DNA of 64,000 nucleotides, taken from Mobula hypostoma. Lineage: Eukaryota. The stretch spans positions 182,096,001 to 182,160,000 of the forward strand of contig NC_086097.1 of NCBI RefSeq assembly GCF_963921235.1, read 5' to 3'. Of the stretch, positions 10,926 to 23,455 are shown piece by piece. Under the pieces are notes generated by a model that was given only the letters and a program-made list of their open reading frames with translations, did not search any database and was not told the DNA's origin. Both the position numbers and the translations under genes were made by a program. The stretch's first letter is position 1. Each line of letters starts with the position of its first letter.

Positions 10926-12356
10926 GTTGTCAGTGGTTTGAACTATTTTGTCTTCACAACTGGTTGGGTTGAGGGTGGAGCATTTAAATTGTTCTTGGTA
11001 ATTTGGGTGCAAGGACCAACTTTGTAACTGTAGAAACAGAACCAAATGTCCTCCTTTCTCTGGAAATGGCCCTGGTCATCCTGGTCCTCAAGCAGGCATT
11101 CAACCTGAAACAGACAATTTCCCCCTCTCACAAATGCTGCTCAATCTGCTGAGTTCCTCTGGCAGATTGTTTGTTGCACCCTGCTTTCTTGTCTGATTCC
11201 TGTTCGAGTTCTACTTGGAACAATATGACAATCTCTGGTTATTGCCTTTGGAGGTACCTGATGGAATCTGTCCCAAACTGGACCACTCTGCTGTGCTCCA
11301 GTGGTGTTGCAGTAGGAATGTGTGGATTCCAGGAGAATGATAGAAACAAAGCAGAGAGCTGAGTGGAAATTCAAGCACATGTAGATAATGCTTAGACAGT
11401 CAGCATTGAGCATAACAAAGAGTCTTGAAAGTATCTCTCCACTCCATGAGGTGTCACGTAGCTGCTCCTTTGAAATCCATTTCAATGCTCTGTTTTTTTT
11501 CCAATTAGTCTTACTTTTGAAATTCTGACCCAGTCTTCGTTTCCTTGAAGGAGAAATATCCAAATTTCCTCTCTCTTGACATGTGGGAGGGTTTCCTGGG
11601 AACACCTTTGAAGCACCTGCCTTTTACCACCCGTTTCTAATATCCCTATCAGGGTAGTGGACCATTGGTTGGAAACAAGTCCACAAAAATCCTCCATGAC
11701 AGCATTTTTGAAGAGATGCTGCGTTCTAATTGGATGCTAATGTTAAGCACACCCATGCTTGGGCCCTGAGCTGAAGAGTGAGGAAGAGAACTATGGAGAC
11801 TCAGGAGAATTCATGTTTGTAGCCTCAGCTTTTAGTTAGAATTGCCTCTCTACCTATACCAACCCCCCCCCCCCCGTTCCCCTGCTTGGAAGGCAGGTGA
11901 AAACACGTTACCTTATTCATTGCATTATTTTCAAGTTGAGTTCAATCCAACAGGCTTCTCCACTCCAGAGCTTTGCACTTGCATTGGGCATGGTCATTAA
12001 ATTCAACCAAAGCAAATATCTCCAGGAGTAGTTGAGTAATCCACGCCCTTTGTATCATCAGCATTTATACAGTGATTCTGCCTGAAGGCAAAAGCTCACT
12101 TTTCTACAGTACCTCATTCTGAAAGAGAGTAGTTTGCTCTGACTGCTTACCTTTAAGTCAGCAAGTTCCTCCCCCCTCCCCATGCTCCCATTTGTAGTCT
12201 CAGGAAGAAAGCTGTTGATTGCTCTGATTGTCTGTGGGGATTCTGCCTTGATTCTTCCAATACTAAATATGCTGGAACTGAGGAATTTCCAGTCTAAATA
12301 TTAGCACAAGGCTGCAGCTGAGGGTTTGTGCAAAGGCTTTGTATTAAGATGCATTA

Positions 12357-12551
12357 TTTTTTTTGTGTAGCCTCTGTTGGTCGTGGTTGACCATGGGTAC
12401 TGCGCCTCTGGTAGTCACTGGTTTGTCGAGCAGCGTCGACTGTGGCTATTGAGGCCGATCCTGGAACAGCAGGCTCTGCCACAGTTGCTGCATGTGTAGG
12501 GTGTCTGCTCCTCCAACTGATTCAGGATCACTCTTTTGCCTTGCTGTAGGT
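12357..12551 (-). mobile_element. RTE-clade LINE 3' end, interrupted by a hAT; resumes at about 13807-13852
   Basis: C-terminal YTCSNCGRACCSRIGLNSHSRRC, the RTE-type CCHC motif. Confidence 0.75.
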
Positions 12552-13806
12552 CAGCGGTTCCCAACCACTGGGCCGCAGAGCATGCGCTACCGGGCCGCGA
12601 GGAAATGATATAGATTTGGCGATACGAGTCAGCTGCACCTTTCCTCATTCCCTGTCATGGGCGGCACCTTTCCTCATTCCCTGCCGGGCTGCGAGGAAAC
12701 AATATAATTTGGCGATACGAGTCAGCTGCACCTTTCCTCATTCCCTGTCACGCCCACTGTTGAGCCATTACACACGCGAGGTCATTACGTGTTCATGTCA
12801 GTGCGGGAAGGAGATCAACTCCTCGCGCTTGCAAATGACAGCGAGCTGAAAAGTATGTTTGACATTCCATCTCTGCCGGCATTCCGGATCAAAAGTCAAG
12901 GCTCAATATCCTGAGATAGCCACGGAAGCACCGAAAACGTTGCTTCCATTTCCAACATATCTCTGCAATGAATGCAACGAAAACTAAATTGCGGAATAGA
13001 CTGGACATAAGGAACCTCGTTCGAGTATCGCTGTCTCCCATCACCCCTCGATAAGACCGTCTTGAGCCCAGGGCTCCCACTGATTCAGCGATATTGGTGC
13101 GTTGCAATGATTTTATATGTTCATAGGGGGAAATATGCGCTGTGTTCAATATCCAAACGTTACTTAAAATGTTATGATGCTATTGACTTATATAACCATA
13201 TAACAATTACAGCACGGAAACAGGCGATCTCTGCCCTTCTAGTAGGTGCCGAACAGTACTCTCACCTCGTCCTACCGACCTGCACTCAGCCTATAACCCT
13301 CCATTCCTTTCCTGTTCATATAGCTATCCAATTTAACTTTAAATTATAATATCGAACTTGCTTCTGCCACTTCTACTGGAAGTTCAACACTTACTTCAAG
13401 CTTCCCTGTTCTCCCCTGATAATTGACTTTTCGCTATATTCATGAGAGGAAAATATGCGCTGTGTGTTTAATATTAGATTTGTTAGATAAACCTTTTTAG
13501 AAACGAAATAGAGTGTATTAGCCACTTATCACTGATATTCCAGTCATGATTACCCCCCCCGAACAGAATCGCCAAAAACGATTTGTAGAAAAATAATTGG
13601 CACGTGCACACATGCGCACTGATGCCCGCGCAAGGCTTCATGGTCATTGTAGTCTTTCTCGGGGTAAACCCAACGTATTTGACTGCTACTCTTGTCCGTT
13701 GCCAACCCTACCCATGCCCCCCGCCCCCCCCCCCCGGTCGGCCGGTCCGCAAGAATATTGTCAATATGAAACTGGTCCGCAGTGCAAAAAAGGTTGGGGA
13801 CCCCTG
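12552..13806 (+). mobile_element. Non-autonomous hAT-Charlie element (Charlie3/MER1/OC1-like)
   Basis: TIRs CAGCGGTTCCCAACC / GGTTGGGGACCCCTG. TSD CTGTAGGT / CTCTAGGT. Transposase remnant YPEIATEA.KTLLPFPT...TKTKLRNRLDIRN..RVSLSPITPR at about 12850-13065. Confidence 0.88.
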
Positions 13807-14499
13807 CTCTAGGTGTTGCTGAAGAGTACCTTGCAATTTGTTGCGGTCATCTTTACAGAGAGTTATAGTATGCCAGTAGACTTAAAGAAACAGAGAGCTT
13901 TTACAACTTAGAAGGAAGCCAATGTGCCCAAAGTCTCCATGTTCTCCGAAGTTTTCTCATCTATGTATTTAGTCACATTTTCAAAAAATGCAATTAAATC
14001 TCAGTTAAATTCAACCAATGGGGATCTTCAGTCAACAAAGCCATGCTGACCATACCTGATTAATATCTGCTTTTCCAACTGTAGGTGATTCCTGCCCTTC
14101 AGAATATTTTCCCAGCAATTTCCTAACAAGCCTGAAATTACCTGGCACGTCCTTGCGACCTTCTTTCAATAAAGGAACCATATTTGCTGTTTCCAGTGGT
14201 GTGGCATCTTACCCATATCCAGCATGGATTTAAGATTCTTTGTCAGGACCCTAGCAGCTTCCTTCCCTGCTTCCCATCATAGCCTAGGATGCATCTCATT
14301 AGGCTCTGGGGATTTATCAATCTGTTTTCCCGCTAAGACACTGAATGTCCTCTTTAATCTTCATGTGATCTAGAATTTCACCATCTCAGCTGAAATCTCC
14401 AACAACAATGTGTATCTCCCAAGTGACTAATCTATTTTCTTAACCAATAACAGCCAACACTTTCATTTGAAATTGCCTTTATATAAGTACAAGACAAAC

Positions 14500-15545
14500 G
14501 TTGCAAAAACATCTCCTCCACAATCTCCATCAGTGCAAGTGACCCACAAGGCTGATTACTTAGCCCCCTGCTCTACCTGATTTATACTTACGACTGTGAG
14601 GATAAGCACAGTTCCAATGCTATATTTAAGTTTGCTGATGACACAACTGTTGTTGGCCGAATCAAAGGTAGTACTGTCAGCAAAGGGAGATTGAAGATCT
14701 GGCTGAGTAGTGCCACAACAATAACCTCTCATTCAATGTTAGGAAGACCATTATTATTTTCAGGAGGAGGAAACTGGAGGTCCATGAGCCAGTCCTCTTC
14801 GGGGGATCAGAGGTAGAGTCAGCAACTTGAAATTCCTTGGTGTTATCATTTCAGAGGATCTGCCCTGGGTCAAACACGTAAGTGCCATTGTGAAGAAAGT
14901 ACGACAGTGCCTCTACTTCCTTAGAAGTTAGTGAAAACTCAGCATGACACCTAAAACTTAAACAAACTTCTGTAGGTGTGTGGTGGAGAGTATATTGACT
15001 GGTTGTACCACGGCCTGTATGGAAACACCAATGCCCTTGAACAGAAAAGCCTACAAAAAATAGTGGATATGGCCCAGTACATCATGGGTAGAGCCCTCCC
15101 TACTATTGAGCACATCTACAAAAAGCACTGTCGCAGCATAGTAGCATCCATTATCAAGGACTCCCACCATCAGGGCATACTGTCTTTTCGCTGCTGCCAT
15201 CAGGAAGAAGGTACAGGAGTCTCGGGACCCATGCCACTGGGTTCTGGAGCAGTTATTACCTCTCAGTCACCAGGCTCTTGAACTAGTGTGGATAACTTCA
15301 TTCAACTTCTTTCACCCCATTACTGAACTGTTCCCATAGCCTATGGATTCACTTTCAAGGATTCTTCATCTCTTGCTCTTGATATTTCTTTATTTACGAC
15401 TGAGTTGCTTATTTTCTTTTGCAGTTGCACAGTTTGTTGTCTTTTGCACACGAGTTGTTTGTCCGTCCTTTTGGGTGCAGTCTGTAGTTTGGCTCACCCC
15501 AGAATAAAGCACGTGGTGAATAAATAATTCACTGACTTTGGAACC
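14500..15545 (+). mobile_element. Rex1/Babar-like LINE, RT 3' half plus UTR (decayed)
   Basis: PQG..LSPLLY and FKFADDTTVVGRI motifs; ORF 14976-15281 covers the C-terminus. Confidence 0.85.
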
Positions 15546-16059
15546 TCTAGCGGTACTCTAAACCATGGGTTTAATCACTGTGTTTGCTCAGGTGATGATC
15601 TGTGATAGAGAATGATAAGGGAACTGTGTCAGAACACAGGGATATTGGTATTTTAAGTTTTGCTGATCCTTATCCATTTTTGTGACCATGTGGGTTTTCA
15701 GAAACTATCTTAGAACATTGTTATGAGAATACTGTTGAGGATGTGTTGTAACATGACGTGAACATTGACATATCCTAGACTCCAGATATTCTCTGTTAAT
15801 TCTATACAACTGCCATTAGCCCCAGTGAATCAGATAATTGGAGAAATGAAGTTTCCAGCTCCTCGGAGAATGCTCAGAGTCTCCCTTGCAGTTTGCTCCA
15901 CTTGTTTTAGGGAATTTTGGAAAATTCTCTGGAAGTACTTTGAAGTCGCTGAGATATCACAGAATGGAGCTTTCCACTGTCACAAGAAAGAATTGTGAAG
16001 GATAAAAGCAGTATGCTTTCCAAGGTCCCTCTGTACAGCAGTGCTTCAAAGGGCTCGGA

Positions 16060-17020
16060 TATTTACTGTGCACTTTTCTCTTGCATTTTACCTGCCAAAG
16101 TGGAACAACTCACACATCTGGATTAAACTCTGCCTGCCATTTCTCTGTCCACATTTCCAACTGGTCTATATCCTGCTGAATCCTTTTGACTACCTTCCTC
16201 ACTATTCATAACCCCATCATTTTTTTCTGTTTGTGCCCTTTTATTTATACCTTTATATAACAAAGGTGCTGGCCATGACCCCCCGTGGAACACCACTGGT
16301 CATAGACTAATCAGAATAATAATATTCCATCACTGCCCAATGTTTTTCATGGCCAAGCCAAGTTTGAATCCAGTCTACCAAGTCTCCATGGATCCCATGT
16401 GTTTTAATTAGCTTACCACGAGGGACCTTGCCAAAACCTTTACTAAAGACCACGTATACAACATCCACAGTCCAACCTTCATCAGTCATCTTTGTTACTT
16501 CCTCAAAACATCAATCAAGTTTGGAGGACATGGCCTTCTTCACACAAAACCATGCTAGCTATACCTAATAAATATACTTTTCCAGATCCAAGCAGATCCC
16601 ATCCCAAGAATATTCTCTGATCATTTTTTCCTACCACTGATGTAAGATTCAGTGAGCTATAATTTGCTGGTTTGTCTCTATTGACCTTAAACAAAGGAAC
16701 AACACTGGCAGTTTTCTAGTCCTCTGGGACCTCACCTGTCAAGACCCAGTAGTCTCCTCCCTTGTTTCATTCAATAACCTGAGTATGTTTTCATCATGTC
16801 ATTATAACTTACCTACCTTAATGTTCTTCAAGAGTGCCAACACCTCCTCTTTCTTGATATCAGCATGTCCTAGATTATCAACATTGCTCTCCCTGATCTT
16901 GCTTTCCTCCATACCCTTCCCTTTGGTGAATACCAATGCTAAGTATTTGTTTGGTAATTTGCTTCTTCCTCTGGTTCTAAGCATAAATTCCCTCCTTTGT
17001 CCTTGAATGGCCCTGCTCAT
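16060..17020 (-). mobile_element. Decayed CR1-like LINE fragment
   Basis: DEG..VDVVY..FSKGFGKVPRGKL and NKY.ALVFTK remnants. Confidence 0.8.
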
Positions 17021-17179
17021 GTAAGTTTCAGAGATATGAGCTCATATCGAAGTTCACATTCCTGTGTAGTATTGTTGGCTTTCAGTTGTACCTTGCAATG
17101 AAGACCATGTGGATGTAGGCGATCCTGTCTGTTGAAGATCAGAGGAAGTTTTTATTATTGTGGTCAATGTTTATATACA

Positions 17180-17690
17180 CTTTCAAGGACTTTTCATATC
17201 TCATGTTCTTGATATTTATTACTGATTATTATTATTATTTCTTTATTTTTTTCCTTTTTGTATTTGCACTGGTTGTTGTCTTTTGCACACTGATTGTCTA
17301 CCCTGTTGATGCAGTAATTCATTGATTCTATTATGGTTATTGGATTTATTGAGTATGCCCCCAAGAAAATGAATCTCAGGGTTGAATATGGTGATGTATT
17401 TGTACTTTGATAAAAAAAATTACTGTGAACTTTTGAGAGAATGATAGTATTGAATGCTGAGCTGCCATCGATAAAGAGCTTCCTGATGTATATGCACCTT
17501 TGATGTCCAGTTGTTCCAGGGTTGAGTGAAGAGCCAATGAGCTGACATTTTCTGTGGACTTGTTGTGCTGGTAGGCAAATTGAAGTGGATCCAAGTCACT
17601 TTTCAGACAGGAGTTAAAATGTACCATTACCAACCTCTTAAAACACTTCATTACCATGGATGTAAGTGCTACTGGATGATGGTCACTCTG
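17180..17690. mobile_element. Rex1-like fragments in opposite orientations (3' UTR on +, RT segment on -)
   Basis: UTR matches 10320-10560. Minus ORF VMKCFKRLV...LDPLQFAY. Confidence 0.7.
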
Positions 17691-17769
17691 GAAGCAGAGG
17701 ATGGTGGGCAGAAGTCTATGACCAATAGTATATCACATGGTCGAGTTCTGACCCTTGTTGATTATGATA

Positions 17770-19070
17770 CATATTAATAACAGGTTAGGACTTATGCAGT
17801 GCATGGTGCCCTTGGGGAGTGTTGTGGTAGAGATGTAGGGGTATAATATCTTGTACAGGACGGAGATCAGGAAGCTGCTTCATGCATTATAATGAGTAGA
17901 GGGTCATGCCAGCTCTGTGCTGTGAGAGGTTGGGCAGCTGGAAGCCGCTCCATGAATTGCAGTGAGCAGCTGATCACAGGGGCTCAGTGCTGTGCTTTAC
18001 ACCCAGTGACGTTGAGGGTAGATAGGGTGATAGAAGGATCTCAGCAGGAAATGTTGACTGTTTATTAATTTCCATACATCCTGCTTGACCTGCTAAGTTC
18101 CTCCAGAATTTTGTGTGTGTTACTTTGGATTGCCAGCAACTGCAGACTTTCTCGTGTTGATGAAGAAAGTGTTTGGCTTGCTGGCCTTTATCAATCAGAG
18201 CACTGAGTGTTGGAGATAGGATGTTATGTTGCCATTAATGAAGCTGCACTTGAAGGATTGTACATTTTTGGTTACCCATATATAGGAAAAATGTCATTGA
18301 CCTGACATAATGAAGAAAAAATTTACGTGACTGTTGCCAGGACTCAAGGACCTGAGTTAAAGGAAGTTTGGCAGGCTAGGATTTTATTCCTTGGAATATT
18401 GAAGACTAAAGGTTGACTTTATAGAGGTATATAATATCACGAAGGATATAGATAAGGTGATTGCACATAGTCTTTCTTTTCCTAAGGAAAGGGAACCAAA
18501 AGCTAGATGGCACAGTTTTAAGGTGAGATGGAAAATATTTAATAGGGACTTGAGGAGCAACTTCTTCACTCAGAGGGTACTTTGTATGTGGAATGAACTG
18601 CCAGAGAAGTAGTTGAGGCAGGTACAGTAGCAATATTTAAAAGACATTTGATAACTACATGGATAGGAAATGTTGGAGGGATATGGGGCCAAATATGAGC
18701 AAATGGGTACCTTGGTTAGTACAGGCAGGTTGGGCTGAACTTTACTACTCTATGACTCTGTGTAGGATTTTAGTTAAGGGAGAGATTGGATAGGCTGGGT
18801 TTGTTTTCCCAGGAGCAGCAAAGGAGGCTGAGGGGCTGACCTGATGTAGGTATATAAAATTACAAGAACCTTAAGATAATGTAGATAGAATCTTTTTCTG
18901 ATGGTAGGGGTATCAAAAACGAGAGGTTGAAGGTGTATTTTAAAAGGAAAGTTGTTTACACAGGGAGTGGTTGATATTTGGAAGGTGCTTTAGAGAAGGT
19001 GGTGGAGTCAGATACAATCATTATGTTTAAAAGTTGTTTAGACAAACATTTGAATAGGCAAAGCATAGAT
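17770..19070 (+). mobile_element. Cluster of CR1-like 3' fragments with a Penelope tail at about 18035-18160
   Basis: CR1 C-terminal and 3' UTR signatures, e.g. cttcttcactcagagggt and ggaatgaactgccagag. Confidence 0.7.
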
Positions 19071-19129
19071 TCAAGATTGTTTAATTTCATTCCATTATGT
19101 GAGTGTAAAGGAGAATGAAATAATTGTTA

Positions 19130-19375
19130 GCAGCACACACAAAATGCTGGAGGAATTTAGCAGGCCAGGCAGTATATATGGAAAAGAGTATAGTTAACAC
19201 TTCGATCTGAGACCCTTCGTCAGGTAGTTGACATTTTGGGCTTAGATCCTGATGAAGAGTCTCGGGCTGAAATGGCAACTATATTATTTTCCACAGATGC
19301 TGCCTGGTCTGCTGAATTCCTCCAACATTTGTGTGTGTTACTTGGATTTCCAGCATCTGCAGATTTTCTTTTGCT
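19130..19375. mobile_element. Inverted Penelope-tail insertion, 14-bp TSD, two opposed degenerate hammerheads
   Basis: TGAAATAATTGTTA at 19116-19129 and 19376-19389. Confidence 0.85.
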
Positions 19376-20084
19376 TGAAATAATTGTTACTTTGGATCTG
19401 ATGCAGCACGAAAAAAAACACAATAAGATAAAGAACACAATAATAATAAAAATTCACCATAAATATAAATACATGATAGCTTATATACAGAGATTAATTG
19501 TATAATCACAAAGTGATTCTGAGCACAGGAGTGTCTGTACATAAGGTGACTGACAGGAGATGATGAAGTAGTGGAGGGTGGGTTAGTAGGTGCAGGTATT
19601 GATCAGCCTTACTGCTTGGGAAAAGTAACTGATTTTGAGTCTGGAGGTCCCGGTGTGAATGTGAAGTAGTTTCCTCCCTGATGGGAGTGGGACAGACAGT
19701 CCATGAGCAGGATGGGTATGATCCTTCGTGTTGTTACTGGCCCTTTTCCAGCACCTTCTGTATACAGTATTATGTTCTAGATGGCGGGTAGATAGAGGGT
19801 TACGATCCTAATGCAGCAAATGGGATTAGTATGGTGGACAAGTAGGTCAACATGAGCGTGATTAGCCAAAGGGACAGTGTCTGTGTTTGATTCTTACTCT
19901 ATGTCATTGGATGTAAGGCTCTTCTGAGATATTGTGAATGTGGCTGTAAAAACTGAAACTTTTCTTCACAGGTAACCTACTGATTGTGAACCACTTTTGT
20001 AAAGGTCACTAAATTAGCAATAGTCGAATAGGTGGTGTGGCTGGGGAGAGAACTGTCTACTGACACAACCTGTGTTTGTTACAG

Positions 20085-20143
20085 ATTCATTTGTGAACAG
20101 TCAGGAGTGGACGCTGAGCCGGTCTGTCCCAGAACTGAAAGTG
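20085..20143 (+). CDS. AGAP3: AGAP3 internal coding exon (59 nt), (D)SFVNSQEWTLSRSVPELKV
   Basis: tttgttacag acceptor and gtgagt donor. Peptide matches the AGAP1/3 segment preceding the GTPase domain, with AGAP3-type DSFV. Starts phase 1, ends phase 0. Confidence 0.95.
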
Positions 20144-20553
20144 GTGAGTAACCATTTTGTGTCTGCCTTCTGCACTACAATGCCTTTCAGTTGGTGATTT
20201 TGACAATATCATCCCTTAGGTTAGAGATGCATTCTGGCCGTGTGAACAGGTGAGCCCTGAGCCCCCATTCAGGATACCTGTGTGTCGGTTTGAGTATAGC
20301 ATGTGCGTCTTCAGCTTACTGAGTCCTTGATTTATTCTGGACAACTTCAAAATCCTTTAGTTTTGACAGCTGGAGAGTAGTTCTTCACACTCGTGACATG
20401 CCTTTGGGGTGACGTAAAGGGTTGGGAAGTAGGTGGATGAGTCATGAGCTGCAGAAAGCCTATCCTGTGATATGCCACTCTGGCCGCGGTTTTAATGCAA
20501 TTGATCCAAAGTAAAGTCAAAGTTGACTTTACTGTCATGTGAACAAATACATA

Positions 20554-21825
20554 CAGTGGATTCTGGTTGATTGGCTATCAGTTAATCGAGGCAGCCATTC
20601 ATTTGGAACAAGTCTAAAAGAACAAAAAACAAATTGAAAAAATAGCCAGGACTCCCTTCATTTATTTGGAATACTATGCCCCTTAATTGGGCCAAGAGAC
20701 TGTTGCCGAACAGTTTCCAGTGCATCAGCTGTGTGCATTTTGTGTGGCCCTTAGACACTACACTGTGCTTAGAGCAAATAGTTTTTAAATAGCATCACTT
20801 GCGCGTGTTTGTGTTCAAAAAGCAGTGATTTTTGGCACTGATAGTTGGTGCTTAATGAGCAATAAGATAATTCAGAACTGTTTTGTTCACTGTGGTTTCA
20901 AGTGTTTCGGCTTGGAGAGGCCAGAAATGGCTAGGAGTGAAAATGAAATGATTTCACTATTTCAACAGGTTAGGAACTACTAAGAATTTGAAGGTATTGA
21001 CAATCATTTTGAATGTTATAGTGAAAATGAAGGGTAGATGCAACCTTTAAAAACATTGTCTGAAGGCAGTCCATTATCTACACTAGGTGTCTGTGCTGAT
21101 TTCATTCATTTATAGTCGGTCAAAAGATTGATAACTATTAGAAACTAATACACAGTTTTATAGTACTGTGTAACAAATTATGTATTTAAGTGAAATACAG
21201 AACAAGTTTTATAGTATTGAAGTGGTTTTGATAGTGTCCTAATTTGTTCTTTATTTCATTTAAGGAAACATAGAAATCTATAAAACATTACAGGCACTTC
21301 GGTCCGTAACGTTTTTTTATTGATCCCAGGGGGAAAAAACTGCCTAGAATTTTCCTACCGCATAGCCCTCTATTTTTCTAAGCTCCATAAGAGACTATCT
21401 ACGAGTCTCTTAAAAGACCCTATTGTATCTGCCTTTACCATCTTCGTTGGCGGTGCATTCCAAGCATCCACCACTCTCTGTGTGAAAAACTTTACTTCTG
21501 ACATCCCCGTTTTACCTACTTCCAAACACCTTAAAACTATGCCCCCTCATGTTAGCCATTTCAACCCTGGGAAAAAGCCTCTGGCTATCCACATGATCAA
21601 TGCCTCTCATCGTCTTATACACCTCTATCAGGTCACCTCTCATCCTCGGTTGCTCCAAGGAGAAAAGGCCAAGATCACTTTTAAAATGTAATTTGTTAGT
21701 TAAATAATTTAATTTTTTATATACCTTTTTAATTATTTCCATGAAACTTTGGCTAATTGGGGCATCACCATATGGACCAAAATGTACTGCTCACGATGTG
21801 TGCCAATTAATCAGAGAATTCACTG
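20554..21825. mobile_element. Tigger/pogo-like non-autonomous DNA transposon with a nested CR1 3' end (about 21265-21680, minus)
   Basis: TA|CAGTGGATTCTGGTTGATTGG ... CCAATTAATCAGAGAATTCACTG|TA. Confidence 0.7.
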
Positions 21826-23455
21826 TATATGAATAGGTGCAAGAAAAACTTACCTGCTGCAGCATCAGATAAGCAGCATTCACAGGAACAACATCGTTAA
21901 ATATAATTATGGAATGGTTTAAGAAGTGGCTAATTGATGGTGGTCTCTGTCTTGTGGACGATAGTGCTACTGAAGTTAAATTATCAGCCCAGGCCTGAAT
22001 ACTGTCCAGTTGTTGCTATGTGCAGCTATGTTCTGCTTCATTTGCTGAGGAACTGCTAATGAATTTGGACATTGGGACCCCAGCCACACACCCTGGATAT
22101 TCTCTCTTCTCATTAGGCAAAAGATAACAAAAGCCATCAGACTCAAGGTTAGCTTCTACCATACTGTTATAAGACTATTGAGTGGTCCCAAGATAAGATG
22201 GACTCTTGACCTCATAATTAACCTTGTGAAGAACTTGCACCTTGTTGTCTATCTGCACTGCACTTACTCTGTTCCTGTGATGCTTTATTCTGCATTCTTG
22301 TATTGTTTTCCCTTGTATTATCTCAATGTACTGCTGTGATGAAATGATTTATATGCTCGGCAGGCAAAACAATTTGTTTCACTGTACCTCAGTACATGTG
22401 ACGGTAATGAACCAATTTACCATCAATGAACATTCTCACTTCTAATAATGATGATTACTATGCTTCTGACAATAGCCCATAGAGTCCTGGGATTGAGATG
22501 ACTGACTTTATCAACCCACCTTTCACCTTTAATGTGAGGTACGGGAATGCAGAAGATGAGCCATCGTCTGATGGATGGGAGCAGGATGGCTGCCTGATGG
22601 TGACTTGTACACCTAATTCTTATCATGTATAACTTTACCCAATGGATACTCTTCCCATTGATATCATTTTTACTAGGGGTCATGATACAACACTTAAATG
22701 TTGCCTTGATGCTGTGATGAGATTGTTTCCTCTTTTTGTCGCAATTCACTTTCTTGCTCCTTATTAATTTCAGTCCCATGGTTTCTGTACTTCAATTAAA
22801 TCCTCATCTTCAGACCAAAATAAGATAAAAATAAAGTAATAAATAAATAAATAAACAAACAAACCAAAAAAAATGTATATATAAATAAAGAAAGAAATAG
22901 GACACAGAACATTACAACACAGGAACAGGCAGCTTGGCCCACCGTCTGCACAGACCATGATGCCAATTTAGACAAACCCCATCAGCCAGAGAATATCTAG
23001 GGTGGGTGGGGTCTTTGATTATTTTGGCTGCTTCACTAAGGCAGTGAGAAGTGTAGACGGACTCAATCAAGGGGAGGCTGGTTTTGTGATATGTTGATCT
23101 TTGTCGTTTCTCATGGCACATTTACCGTCTTTTTCCCAAAGCATTATATGCAGTTTATTCATATTCTCTTGTGAAGAACACAGGGTGATGTGGTATGTTT
23201 GCCTTCTGCAGCCAGTGCATTGAGAATAAAAGTTTAGATGTTACCTTGAGGTTGTACAAAATGTTGTTGGGCCAGCATCTGGAATAATGTGTGCACTTTG
23301 GTCACCACACTCTGGGAAAGATGTGACTGACCTAGGGACTAGACTAGATTCCAAGGATGTTGCCTGGACTGAAGAGCTTGAGTTATAAAGAAAGACTGGA
23401 TAGGCTGTTTTCTCTAGAGCAAAAGAGGTTGAAGGATGACTTGTAGCGAACGATA

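Noticed and set aside
1..20084. AGAP3 first exon or promoter
   Set aside because: No FESVHPNIY-type exon or CpG island was seen. The CpG-rich 12.5-13.8 kb stretch is a hAT element.
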